Part shown: positions 20,873-30,280 of the stretch, piece by piece
Layout: every line of letters begins with the position of its first letter
How positions within the stretch are numbered: position 1 is the stretch's first letter
Virus record (IMG/VR): IMGVR_UViG_3300017951_000010
Location: 1-64,000 of that record
Length of the DNA stretch: 64,000 nt
Reading direction: 5' to 3' (one strand)
Source: a virus
The notes under the pieces: generated by a model
The model's database searches: none
What the model saw: only the letters and a program-made list of their open reading frames with translations
What the model was told of the DNA's origin: nothing
Position numbers and translations under genes: made by a program

Positions 20873-21526
20873 ATGCTTATAGGAATTGTAGGACTAATTG
20901 GTTCTGGTAAAGACACCGCCGCACAAAGGCTGGTGGACAAGCATGGCTACAGAAGGGACAGTTTTGCGAAAAGTCTCAAGGACGCTGTCGCGGCCATGTT
21001 CAATTGGAACAGAGAAATGTTGGAAGGAAGTACAAAAGAAAGCAGAGAATGGCGTGAAAAACCTGATGCTTTTTGGAGCCAACAGTTTGGCAAGGACGTG
21101 ACTCCGCGCTGGGTTCTGCAACATTTTGGCACAGAAGTCATGAGAGGTCAGATGTATGACGCAATATGGGTGGACAGTTGCCTGGGCAGATATGACGGCA
21201 AACCCACTGTGATATCTGACACAAGATTTCCTAATGAGATTGATCAGATCAGGGCACGTGGCGGCAAGATAATACGTGTAAAGAAAGGTAACGATCCAGA
21301 ATGGTTCACAAATTACGTGGAAGGCAATATAGTACCACAGGGTGTGCATTCATCTGAGTATGTTTGGGCAAGGTCTGATTTTGATTTCACCATTGAAAAT
21401 AACGGATCATTAGAAGAACTATACAAAAAAGTAGATGACCTAATCGTCAGCAACAAGATCACCCATGCGCCATCCAAGCCTTCGGGTTCCACTCAACCTT
21501 TGGCAATTGGCACAAACTGTTTTTAA
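20873..21526 (+). CDS. Deoxynucleoside monophosphate kinase (T4 gp1-like)
   Basis: GLIGSGKDT P-loop, SFAKSLKD, TPRWVLQHFGTE, DTRFPNE, HSSE. Confidence 0.92.
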   Translation: MLIGIVGLIGSGKDTAAQRLVDKHGYRRDSFAKSLKDAVAAMFNWNREMLEGSTKESREWREKPDAFWSQQFGKDVTPRWVLQHFGTEVMRGQMYDAIWVDSCLGRYDGKPTVISDTRFPNEIDQIRARGGKIIRVKKGNDPEWFTNYVEGNIVPQGVHSSEYVWARSDFDFTIENNGSLEELYKKVDDLIVSNKITHAPSKPSGSTQPLAIGTNCF

Positions 21527-21799
21527 GTTAGAAGCGTTGGTATTACGCAGATTCCCATCAATAAACAACACATCCAACTGGGTTGATTCTGTGGCCCTGA
21601 AACCACACAACTCACATTTCCTGGCTTTTTTGTAACCAGACCTTTGCAGTGCTGTGATGCCACCAATCCTCTTGCCTGCCTTTTTACGATTGCACGAATC
21701 ACATAGTCTCCTCCAATAAACTTTACCATAACGACGGTACGCATATGCTTTAGGTTTGGACTTGCACTGTTCACACAACGGTCTAAGGTTATCGCTCAT
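21440..21799 (-). CDS. Zn-finger / degenerate HNH protein
   Basis: Four CxxC pairs; IDGNLRN...NLKTVCANC HNH-like; TAAATA 6 nt upstream. Confidence 0.75.
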   Translation of the reverse strand: MSDNLRPLCEQCKSKPKAYAYRRYGKVYWRRLCDSCNRKKAGKRIGGITALQRSGYKKARKCELCGFRATESTQLDVLFIDGNLRNTNASNLKTVCANCQRLSGTRRLGWRMGDLVADD

Positions 21800-21918
21800 A
21801 TGCTATATTTACGTCGCCTATATAGGCACCTGTTAAATGGTAAATTTTGTCGTAAAAACCGTATGATTGAATAAATAACTCTAGTATATACGTAACACTT
21901 GCAAGGAGAATACGAAAA

Positions 21919-24900
21919 ATGGCTTTAACATCACCAGGAGTAGAAGTTTCAGTAATAAACGAAAGTTTCTACGTACCATCAGATGCGGGTACTACACCAC
22001 TATTCATAGTAGCATCATCAAAGGACAAGGCAAACGGTGCAGGAGACGGCACAGCGGCAGGAACACAATCTGCTAACGCCAATACAGCATACCTGATTTC
22101 ATCACAGAGAGAATTGACAGAGACTTTTGGAGATCCAAAATTCTACACAGACGCTTCAGGCAACCCATTACATGGATATGAATTAAATGAGTGGGGACTA
22201 CAAGCGGCATACAGTTTCTTGGGCGTTGCCAACAGAGCATACGTGTTAAGAACAAATGTTGACACGTCGGAATTGATCGGAAGTGCAACGGCTCCAACAG
22301 CGAACCCAACAGATGGCACATACTGGTTTGACCTTGCATCAAGCAATTATGGCATCTTTGAGTGGTCTCAGACAGATCAGAAATTCACGGCAAAAACTCC
22401 AATCTTGATCACATCACGTACTGACCTGGTAGGTAACGCAACGACTGGTGCTCCAAAGACATCAGTGGGATCAATAGGAGACTACGCCATCAACACAACT
22501 CATGTAACAAACAAAATCTATTACAAAAACGCCAGCAACGAATGGAAACAACTCGGAACTCCGGGATGGCACAGTTCTCATCCTATCGTTTCGGTTGCGT
22601 CAGGCACTACAGTAACTAGTGGTAACACTTTCACAATCAACGGGACCACAGTGACACCTGGCGGTGTCGCTCTAACAGACGTGAGAGATGCTATCAACAC
22701 TGCAAACTCTCCGGGAGTTACAGCATCGATCAACAGCACAACAAGTGCTTTAGAAATCTTCCACAATGGTGTAAGGACTGGTGACTCTACAGCAGGCAAC
22801 AACACTATCAGGTTCGAAGAGGGCAACGGTGTACTTGCTGAACTAGGAATCACAGCAGGCACATACAACGGTGCTAAATTTTTTCAAGCGGCTCACACGT
22901 CAAGACCAACTTGGAAAACAGCAGACGAGGACAGACCCAACGGTTCAGTTTGGTTCAAGACAACAAGCGCCAACTCAGGTGCAAACATTGTTGCTAAACT
23001 TTACAGCTCGGCAAGTGCAAGTTTTTCAACTGTAAGTGCGCCACTTTACGCAAACCATCAGACTGCGATCTACAACCTAGATCCTTCAACAGGTGGTACA
23101 GCAATCACAGTGGGTACAGTGTACACACAATTCAACGTGACTGAAAACAATGACCCTGTAAGTGCTCAGGATGACACAAGAGAGCAGGGTGACTTCCAAC
23201 TTTTCAGATACGAGGGCGGAGAAACAGTAATCCAGTCCAAAACTACACAACCAAGTTTCACTCATAACGAGACTTTTGATGTTCAAGAATCAGTTAAGAA
23301 CAGTTCATCGTTAGCGACGGCGAAAAGAGTTACAATACAATCAGGTGATGGATCTACCTTGGCTGACAACGAGGACTTCGTCACTGCATTCACAGCCGCA
23401 GGTTTCACGAATCTTGAAGCATCTATTGTTTCATCAGGAGAGTACAAAGGTGCAATCCAGATAAAACACAAATTGGGTGGTGAATTCAGAATGAACAACA
23501 TATCGGGAGATCCTTTGGGAGATGCTGGTTTGGGTGTATCACAAGCACACGATTACGGTGGATACGAGACTAACAGCACTACAAAGATCGACAACTTGTA
23601 CGTTGCACCAACAGGCGACTCTGAAGATTCAACAACAGGAAATGAAGTTGTTGCTTCCAACTGGAAACGTTTGAGCTACACTGCATCTTCAAGTGCACCA
23701 ACTAATGAGCCAGCAGACGGTACATTATGGTACAGCACCACAATAGACGAAGCAGACATCATGACGCACAACGGAACAACTTGGAAAGGTTACAGAGAAG
23801 TTTACGCTACAACCGATCCAAATGGACCACAGTTCAGTGCAACAGCACCAACTACCCAGTCAGATGGAACAGCACTTGTGAACAACGACTTATGGATTGA
23901 TACAAGTGACTTGGAAAACTATCCAAAACTTTACAAATACAACACTTCTGCAACATTGAGCTCTACAAACACAGCCAACCAAGTTGCAGTGACTACGTCA
24001 GGAGCGGCTTGGGAACTTGTTGACAAGGCAGACCAAACAACAGAAGATGGTGTTGTTTTTGCCGACGCAAGATCACACACTTCAAGCGAGAAGCGGGCAG
24101 AAGGAAACACAGGAGCAGGTGCTTTCAGTTCAATCAAAAATCTTTTGAGTGATGACTTCCTAGATCCAGATGCACCAAATCCGGCTTTATACCCTCAAGG
24201 TATCTTGCTATGGAACACTAGAAGAAGTGGTTACAATGTTAAAGAATACAAAAACAGTTACATCACAACAAGCAAATATCCTGGATCAGGTTCTTCTGGT
24301 TTGGGTAACCCAAGATACAACAACGAGAGCGTATCTAGTTACTACCCAGACAGATGGATAACAAAATCGAACAACAATGCCGACGGATCAGGATCATTTG
24401 GTAGAAAGTCTCAGCGAAAAGTCATAGTTGAACAAATTAAATCTGAGATCGACACAAACCAAGCGATAAGGGAAGACCAAAGAGGTTTCAACGTGATTGC
24501 TTGTCCTGGTTACCCAGAAGCGATTTCAAACATGATTAACCTAAACACAGACAGAAACAACACAGCGTTTGTTGTTGGTGACACACCTTTAAGACTAGAA
24601 GGCACAGCGACGTCTATACAGAGCTGGGCCAACAACACAGCGGGTGCCACAGACAACGGTGAGGACGGACTAGTAAGCGCAAGTGATTACCTTGGAGTAT
24701 TTTATCCATCGGGTCTGACAACAGACAATACAGGTAAATCAATTGTTGTTCCGGCATCACACATGATGATGAGAACACTGGCAAACAACGACAACGTTGC
24801 TTTCCCATGGTTTGCACCAGCAGGTACAAGAAGAGGTGTTGTGGACAACGCAACTTCAGTTGGTTACATTGACTCAGCAAGTGGAGAGTTCGAAACGATC

Positions 24901-25347
24901 TCTGTGACTGAATCTGTAAGAGATTCAATGCACGAAGTGAAGATCAATCCAATAACTTTCTTCTCAGGAGCAGGTATTGTGAACTTTGGAAACTTGACTA
25001 AAACATCGGCTAGTTCTGCCTTAGACAGAATCAACGTATCAAGACTAGCAGTGTATCTAAGAACACAATTGGATTCAATTGCTAAACCGTTTATTTTCGA
25101 ACCAAATGATGAGTTGACAAGGAACGAGATCAAACAATCGATCGAGTCATTCTTGTTAGAACTAGTTGGACAAAGAGCGTTGTATGACTTCCTAGTAGTT
25201 TGTGATGACACAAACAACACACCTACAAGGATAGACAGAAATGAACTTTATGTGGACATAGCGATTGAACCTGTGAAATCGGTTGAATTTATCTACATAC
25301 CATTAAGAATCAAAAACACAGGGGAGATTGCAAATTTAGGGAACTAA
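21919..25347 (+). CDS. gp18: Tail sheath protein
   Basis: MALTSPGV, WFAPAGTRRG, INPI, LDRINVSRL, FEPNDELTR, VCDDTNNTP. Confidence 0.97.
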   Translation: MALTSPGVEVSVINESFYVPSDAGTTPLFIVASSKDKANGAGDGTAAGTQSANANTAYLISSQRELTETFGDPKFYTDASGNPLHGYELNEWGLQAAYSFLGVANRAYVLRTNVDTSELIGSATAPTANPTDGTYWFDLASSNYGIFEWSQTDQKFTAKTPILITSRTDLVGNATTGAPKTSVGSIGDYAINTTHVTNKIYYKNASNEWKQLGTPGWHSSHPIVSVASGTTVTSGNTFTINGTTVTPGGVALTDVRDAINTANSPGVTASINSTTSALEIFHNGVRTGDSTAGNNTIRFEEGNGVLAELGITAGTYNGAKFFQAAHTSRPTWKTADEDRPNGSVWFKTTSANSGANIVAKLYSSASASFSTVSAPLYANHQTAIYNLDPSTGGTAITVGTVYTQFNVTENNDPVSAQDDTREQGDFQLFRYEGGETVIQSKTTQPSFTHNETFDVQESVKNSSSLATAKRVTIQSGDGSTLADNEDFVTAFTAAGFTNLEASIVSSGEYKGAIQIKHKLGGEFRMNNISGDPLGDAGLGVSQAHDYGGYETNSTTKIDNLYVAPTGDSEDSTTGNEVVASNWKRLSYTASSSAPTNEPADGTLWYSTTIDEADIMTHNGTTWKGYREVYATTDPNGPQFSATAPTTQSDGTALVNNDLWIDTSDLENYPKLYKYNTSATLSSTNTANQVAVTTSGAAWELVDKADQTTEDGVVFADARSHTSSEKRAEGNTGAGAFSSIKNLLSDDFLDPDAPNPALYPQGILLWNTRRSGYNVKEYKNSYITTSKYPGSGSSGLGNPRYNNESVSSYYPDRWITKSNNNADGSGSFGRKSQRKVIVEQIKSEIDTNQAIREDQRGFNVIACPGYPEAISNMINLNTDRNNTAFVVGDTPLRLEGTATSIQSWANNTAGATDNGEDGLVSASDYLGVFYPSGLTTDNTGKSIVVPASHMMMRTLANNDNVAFPWFAPAGTRRGVVDNATSVGYIDSASGEFETISVTESVRDSMHEVKINPITFFSGAGIVNFGNLTKTSASSALDRINVSRLAVYLRTQLDSIAKPFIFEPNDELTRNEIKQSIESFLLELVGQRALYDFLVVCDDTNNTPTRIDRNELYVDIAIEPVKSVEFIYIPLRIKNTGEIANLGN

Positions 25348-25371
25348 TTTTGGAATAAATAGGAGAAACAG

Positions 25372-25992
25372 ATGGCAATATCAACTTTATCAAAATTCAC
25401 AGTACCTTTAGCAAACGATCAGAGTTCAGCATCACAAGGCTTATTGATGCCAAAACTACAGTATCGTTTCAGAGCGATCCTGGAGAATTTTGGAGTATCA
25501 ACACCAAGATCAGAACTTACAAAACAAGTAATTGATATTACAAGACCAAATCTTACTTTTGACAACGTTACATTAGATGTTTACAACTCTAAAGTATATG
25601 TTGCAGGTAAACATACTTGGGAACCAATTACAATTAATTTAAGAGATGATGTAAACAATTCAGTAACTAAATTGGTTGGCGAACAGATCCAGAAACAATT
25701 TGATTTCTTCGAGCAAAGTTCGGCGGCATCAGGTATTGATTACAAATTTACTGCTAGAATTGAAATGCTAGACGGTGGTAACGGCGCAAGTGCACCAAAT
25801 GTGTTAGAAACATTTGAGTTATACGGTGCATACGTAGAGAACGTTAACTACAACACACTAGCATACGCAACTTCAGATCCAGCAACTATCACGATGTCAG
25901 TAAGATACGACAACTGTATCCAAACTCCTCAAGGTACTGGTATAGGTTCAGCGGTGGCGAGAACTGTGGGTACATTGAGTACTGGTGGTTAA
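25372..25992 (+). CDS. gp19: Tail tube protein
   Basis: Follows sheath; PKLQYRFR, AGKHTWEPITI.LRDD, tube-type C-terminus. Confidence 0.88.
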   Translation: MAISTLSKFTVPLANDQSSASQGLLMPKLQYRFRAILENFGVSTPRSELTKQVIDITRPNLTFDNVTLDVYNSKVYVAGKHTWEPITINLRDDVNNSVTKLVGEQIQKQFDFFEQSSAASGIDYKFTARIEMLDGGNGASAPNVLETFELYGAYVENVNYNTLAYATSDPATITMSVRYDNCIQTPQGTGIGSAVARTVGTLSTGG

Positions 25993-26021
25993 TACAATTT
26001 AGATCAGCAATTATAAACAAA

Positions 26022-26048
26022 GAAAGCGTCTTTAAAGGCGCTTTTTTT
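26022..26048 (+). terminator. Rho-independent terminator
   Basis: aaagcgtc-ttta-aaggcgcttt hairpin followed by a T run. Confidence 0.8.
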
Positions 26049-26066
26049 GTGGCCATAAATATCCAT

Positions 26067-27461
26067 ATGCCAAGCATCAATAATTTTTTACAGGGCTTCC
26101 AAGACAACCTTCCCGGAATGAAGGACTACAGGCACGCATCAAGATTGTACATTGATAACAATCATAAATTGATGCCGAAGCAAAAGTTCCTGTTCCACGT
26201 GGTTTTCGACACAGATGAGAGCCTGTTTGCGACAGCATTCAGCCAGAGTGAAAAGTTTGAACTCAACATGCTGGTAAAGGCCTGTGACCTACCAAAGTTC
26301 GACATGAGCGTGGAGGAGAAAACGCAGTACAACAAGAAGATGTACCTGGCAACGAGGATAGCGTACGAACCTGTGAACATCACGTTCCATGACGACCATG
26401 CAGACACAGTCAATGCATTTTGGAAAAAATATTATGAGTACCACATAGCAGACTCTGTGTCAATGAATTCAGATCTGAGCATCGATGCGACCAAAGACGA
26501 TTATTATCTATATGGAAGTGCCAGAAGGACAAACAAATTTGGTATGGATACTCCGGCTCAAAGGAAAAAACCTTACCTGAGGGGCATTGAGATTTTTGTG
26601 TTACACAAACAACGTTTCACATCAATGTCGTTGGTCAATCCAAAGATAGGCTCATTCAGTCACGACAATCTGGATGCCGCTGACGGACAGGGTGTTTTAG
26701 CAAACACTATGCAAATACTTTATGAAACAGTCATATACCAGACAGGCACTATAGGTAAAGGAGAAATTCCAGGATTCGCGACCATACACTATGACAAGGA
26801 ACCGTCACCTTTGACAGTGTTAGGCGGAGGTACAAACAGTATTTTTGGTCCTGGAGGTATCGTGGACGGTGTTGGATCTGTAATCAGAAATGTAAGTGAA
26901 GGAAATGTGCTTGGAGCAATTCTCACAGCATCAAACACATATAGAAACGCCAAAAAAATTAAAAAGAAAGATGCAAAAGAGGAACTAAAAGGGCTGGCCA
27001 AGAAAGGAGTGCTGGAGGTTGGAAAACAGGCAGGCACTATAACGAATCCTGTAGGCAGATTCGCAGTGGGCACTGCGGCCGCGGCGGCGACTGTTGCACT
27101 AGTGGCCTCAGCAAAAGGAACCACAGACAACACAAACAACAGCAACAACAGTGTGGTGACTACGCCAACATTAGACACAGTTAACTTCTTGACAGCGGAC
27201 GAGGCCTTTAACCTAATTTCGAACAACCAAGAAGTTAAAGATGAAATCGCCGCAAGTATATACTTCAAAGACATAGGATCTCGAAAAGACTTATCTGTGG
27301 CAGAATCGGATCTGGAATACGCCGGCAGTTCAAACACCGTCAAGACAGTGTATGAAAACAAGGCAATCACAGACGTAAGAAAGTTAGTGACCGAAGGATA
27401 CATAAAAATTGAAAGATCATCACAAGACGTAGAGATCGCAGTCGAGAAAGCAGGATTATAA
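26067..27461 (+). CDS. Tube-fold baseplate/tube initiator protein (gp54/gp48-like), start revised
   Basis: VKACDLPKF..YEPVNITFHDD tube-like fold; TAAATA 5 nt before ATG. Confidence 0.65.
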   Translation: MPSINNFLQGFQDNLPGMKDYRHASRLYIDNNHKLMPKQKFLFHVVFDTDESLFATAFSQSEKFELNMLVKACDLPKFDMSVEEKTQYNKKMYLATRIAYEPVNITFHDDHADTVNAFWKKYYEYHIADSVSMNSDLSIDATKDDYYLYGSARRTNKFGMDTPAQRKKPYLRGIEIFVLHKQRFTSMSLVNPKIGSFSHDNLDAADGQGVLANTMQILYETVIYQTGTIGKGEIPGFATIHYDKEPSPLTVLGGGTNSIFGPGGIVDGVGSVIRNVSEGNVLGAILTASNTYRNAKKIKKKDAKEELKGLAKKGVLEVGKQAGTITNPVGRFAVGTAAAAATVALVASAKGTTDNTNNSNNSVVTTPTLDTVNFLTADEAFNLISNNQEVKDEIAASIYFKDIGSRKDLSVAESDLEYAGSSNTVKTVYENKAITDVRKLVTEGYIKIERSSQDVEIAVEKAGL

Positions 27462-27838
27462 TGGCAGAATTTTACACAAACTTACCGCCAAAACAACAAA
27501 ACGAGTTAGACAAAACAATCGAAAAACTAACGACAACAAACTACCAAACAGAGTACCAGTTCAACGTTGGTGAGTACGACAGCACTGTGGCCTTCTTCGT
27601 TAAGAGAGGTTTCACAAGAACTTCAGCAGAGTCAACAGCATACGTGATATTATCACAGGCAAAGATTGATAGTGTAAAACCTCAGGAAATTTTAGACAAA
27701 TTGACCTACGCCTCACCTGCAAAGCTCAGTGAACTTATCACAATAATTTTAAATGCCAACAGGTACAAATCCAGTAGGCTGGGAGTAAGACAGACCCTCA
27801 ACACAACAGGAACAGTATCTAGAAATATAATAGATTAA
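27461..27838 (+). CDS. Hypothetical (structural-region) protein
   Basis: TAATG coupling on both sides. Confidence 0.7.
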   Translation: MAEFYTNLPPKQQNELDKTIEKLTTTNYQTEYQFNVGEYDSTVAFFVKRGFTRTSAESTAYVILSQAKIDSVKPQEILDKLTYASPAKLSELITIILNANRYKSSRLGVRQTLNTTGTVSRNIID

Positions 27839-28278
27839 TGATTCCTAGATTCGCAAATGGAAAGTTCTCACCTAAGAACGGTGAAAAATATGTTGGCATC
27901 AAGACTCCAACATATAGAAGCAGTTGGGAACACGCTTTCATGCGCCTATGCGATGAACATCCAAATGTTTATCAATGGGCATCAGAGTCAATCAAGATTC
28001 CTTACAGGCATCCATTCACAGGCAAGTACACAGTTTACGTGCCCGACTTCTTTGTCGTGTACATTGACAAGACGGGAAAGAAACACGCCGAGATGATAGA
28101 AGTAAAACCAATGTCGCAAACAAACATGGAATCGGCAGGACGGAGCATGGGTAAAAAGAAACAAGTCGTGATTAATCAGGCCAAATGGGAGGCCGCGTCG
28201 GCGTATGCAAAGCAGAGAAGAATAGGTTTCAGAGTGGTGTCAGAAGAGCAGTTGTTCCATCAAGGCAAACGTAAGTAA
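27838..28278 (+). CDS. Head completion nuclease, T4 gp4-like (TnsA-type PD-(D/E)xK)
   Basis: YRSSWE, WASE..IPY, YVPDF, IEVKP, NQAKW. Confidence 0.92.
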   Translation: MIPRFANGKFSPKNGEKYVGIKTPTYRSSWEHAFMRLCDEHPNVYQWASESIKIPYRHPFTGKYTVYVPDFFVVYIDKTGKKHAEMIEVKPMSQTNMESAGRSMGKKKQVVINQAKWEAASAYAKQRRIGFRVVSEEQLFHQGKRK

Positions 28279-28286
28279 ATATACAC

Positions 28287-28811
28287 ATGACAAAAAAACT
28301 AGAAGATATTCTTAATTTACCAAACGTCAAAGAAGCATTCAAGGAAGTTGATAAAAAAGAAAAACACAGAGCATTAAATGAAACTAACGGTTCGTCCGCA
28401 AACAAAAATTTAGATCCACAAACAAAAGCAAATCTGGAAAAAAGTTATAAAGAGTTTGACAAAGTTGCGGCCGCACTGCCACAGGTCAAAGGACTTGGAG
28501 AATTAAGTGATCTGGAACTAGACAAACTGGCCATAGAGGCAGAAGAAAGTTATAAGAATCTTATGGATTTGGGGATGAATGTGGACTCACGTTATTCAGG
28601 CCGAATCTTTGAAGTTGCCAGCACTATGCTTAGAAACGCCATAGATGCAAAAAGTGGTAAAATTGACAAAAAACTCAAAATGATTGAACTACAACTTAAA
28701 AAGCAAAAACTAGATCAAAACGACAAAGACGGTACAGCAGTGGAAGAATCAGAGGGTTTTGTCATATCTGATCGAAACGAATTGATGAAGAAACTGCTGA
28801 AAAAAGACTAA
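28287..28811 (+). CDS. Helical protein, possible terminase small subunit
   Basis: Helical; RIFEVASTML and C-terminal DRNELMK resemble gp16; near gp17. Confidence 0.5.
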   Translation: MTKKLEDILNLPNVKEAFKEVDKKEKHRALNETNGSSANKNLDPQTKANLEKSYKEFDKVAAALPQVKGLGELSDLELDKLAIEAEESYKNLMDLGMNVDSRYSGRIFEVASTMLRNAIDAKSGKIDKKLKMIELQLKKQKLDQNDKDGTAVEESEGFVISDRNELMKKLLKKD

Positions 28812-28820
28812 ATATTGCAT

Positions 28821-29417
28821 ATGAGCACATTCTCACAATACCTTACGGAATCAACAAAGTCATATGACTATAAAATAAAGGTTGCGGGCGCACTGCCAGA
28901 AGGTTTCGCTAACAAGATGGAAACTGCACTTCAAAAATTTGACGTTGCTAACATGTCATCAGGGAAGAAAACACCTATAATGACTGTGCCTCTTGATTTC
29001 CCACAACTGAGCAACGAAGAAGTTACTATCTTTGATGTGACTACAAACTATCCAGTATCAGTAAGAGAATTAAAAGAATATTTAGGGGTGTATATGAACT
29101 TGCCACAGACACACATCGTTGTCAGGAAACCAGGCGAGCCAACAGAGGAATACCAAGATAACATGCAGGTAGCAAAAAATTCAGAATACAAAAATAAATT
29201 ATTGGATTTAGAATACACAGATTCGGCTAAAATTAATGCAGAAGACTTCCATTCAGCCAAGGCCAACATGAGCCTACTAAAAGAATTACTTAAAGACAGA
29301 GAAGAGAACAAAGACCAACCAAAAGAAAAAGCAAACATTCAAAGCAACGAAGAGCAGGGTACTCCCAGTCCGCTTTCTAAATCAACAAATCCACACCCAG
29401 ATCCAAAGAGGAAATAA
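28821..29417 (+). CDS. Putative internal head protein
   Basis: N-terminus MSTFSQYLTE resembles the T4 capsid-targeting sequence; TAAATA 6 nt upstream. Confidence 0.6.
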   Translation: MSTFSQYLTESTKSYDYKIKVAGALPEGFANKMETALQKFDVANMSSGKKTPIMTVPLDFPQLSNEEVTIFDVTTNYPVSVRELKEYLGVYMNLPQTHIVVRKPGEPTEEYQDNMQVAKNSEYKNKLLDLEYTDSAKINAEDFHSAKANMSLLKELLKDREENKDQPKEKANIQSNEEQGTPSPLSKSTNPHPDPKRK

Positions 29418-29420
29418 GTT

Positions 29421-30239
29421 ATGGAAATGATCGACGTATTAAAGAAGTTACAAGAAATCGCAGAGACCAAACCAGAATTAGTTAAAGATGCTGTGGAGAA
29501 CGTGGAGAAAACAAATCCCAAAGTTGACGAAAGCAGAATGAAAGACTACCTACATGATGAGGCCGAAAAACTTTCAAGAAAAGAATTTTTAGAAAAGCAC
29601 GGAAGTAGCCTAGCAGGTTTCTACGATGCAATAAATGGTGACCCAGAAGACAATGAAAAGCCAATGGAAGGCAAAAAAGAAATGAAGAAAGAAACAGTTA
29701 AAGAAGCAATACAAATTTCAACAGACACGCCAGAAGAAGCAGGCATGATGATGCAGATTCTTAAACTTGCAGGTGTTAAACCAGTTGACGCTAAAATGAT
29801 CGGTGCGCAGGACGACGAGCCAGAGCATGACCATGACGACGCAACAGGTTCGATGGACATGGCCAGAATGAGAGACATCGTAAAGAAACCAGAGGATGAA
29901 AAAGCAGAAGAAACATTTGCCAACGCACCTGATGGTTACAAAGGTGAGCCAGAAACTCATGACGTTGACACTCTTGTAAATGTACACTCAGGTGGACTGA
30001 ACAGACAGAAATCTCAACACAGAAAAGAGTATCCGGGTGACAACCCAATGGCAGTTGCCAAGGAAGACCAGATCACAGAACAGGATCTAGCAAACAGCCT
30101 GAGAGAACAATACCAAAATTTCAAGAAGGCTTACCAAGAAGCCGCCAAACCTGATTTCCTTGACATGGACAAAGATGGTGACAAGAAAGAGCCAATGAAG
30201 AAGGCCGTCAAGGACAAAGAGGCTAAAGAGAAAAAATAA
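29421..30239 (+). CDS. Acidic, charged putative prohead core/internal protein
   Basis: E/K/D-rich; ILKLAGV motif; many xxE sites; DMDKDGD loop at C-terminus. Confidence 0.6.
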   Translation: MEMIDVLKKLQEIAETKPELVKDAVENVEKTNPKVDESRMKDYLHDEAEKLSRKEFLEKHGSSLAGFYDAINGDPEDNEKPMEGKKEMKKETVKEAIQISTDTPEEAGMMMQILKLAGVKPVDAKMIGAQDDEPEHDHDDATGSMDMARMRDIVKKPEDEKAEETFANAPDGYKGEPETHDVDTLVNVHSGGLNRQKSQHRKEYPGDNPMAVAKEDQITEQDLANSLREQYQNFKKAYQEAAKPDFLDMDKDGDKKEPMKKAVKDKEAKEKK

Positions 30240-30280
30240 GTTAGTTTTCTACCACACTCTACGACATTAAATACTACGTT

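Noticed and set aside
27838-28278. TnsA-like endonuclease as a Tn7 element
   Set aside because: Motifs and context fit the T4 gp4 head-completion nuclease; no other tns genes.
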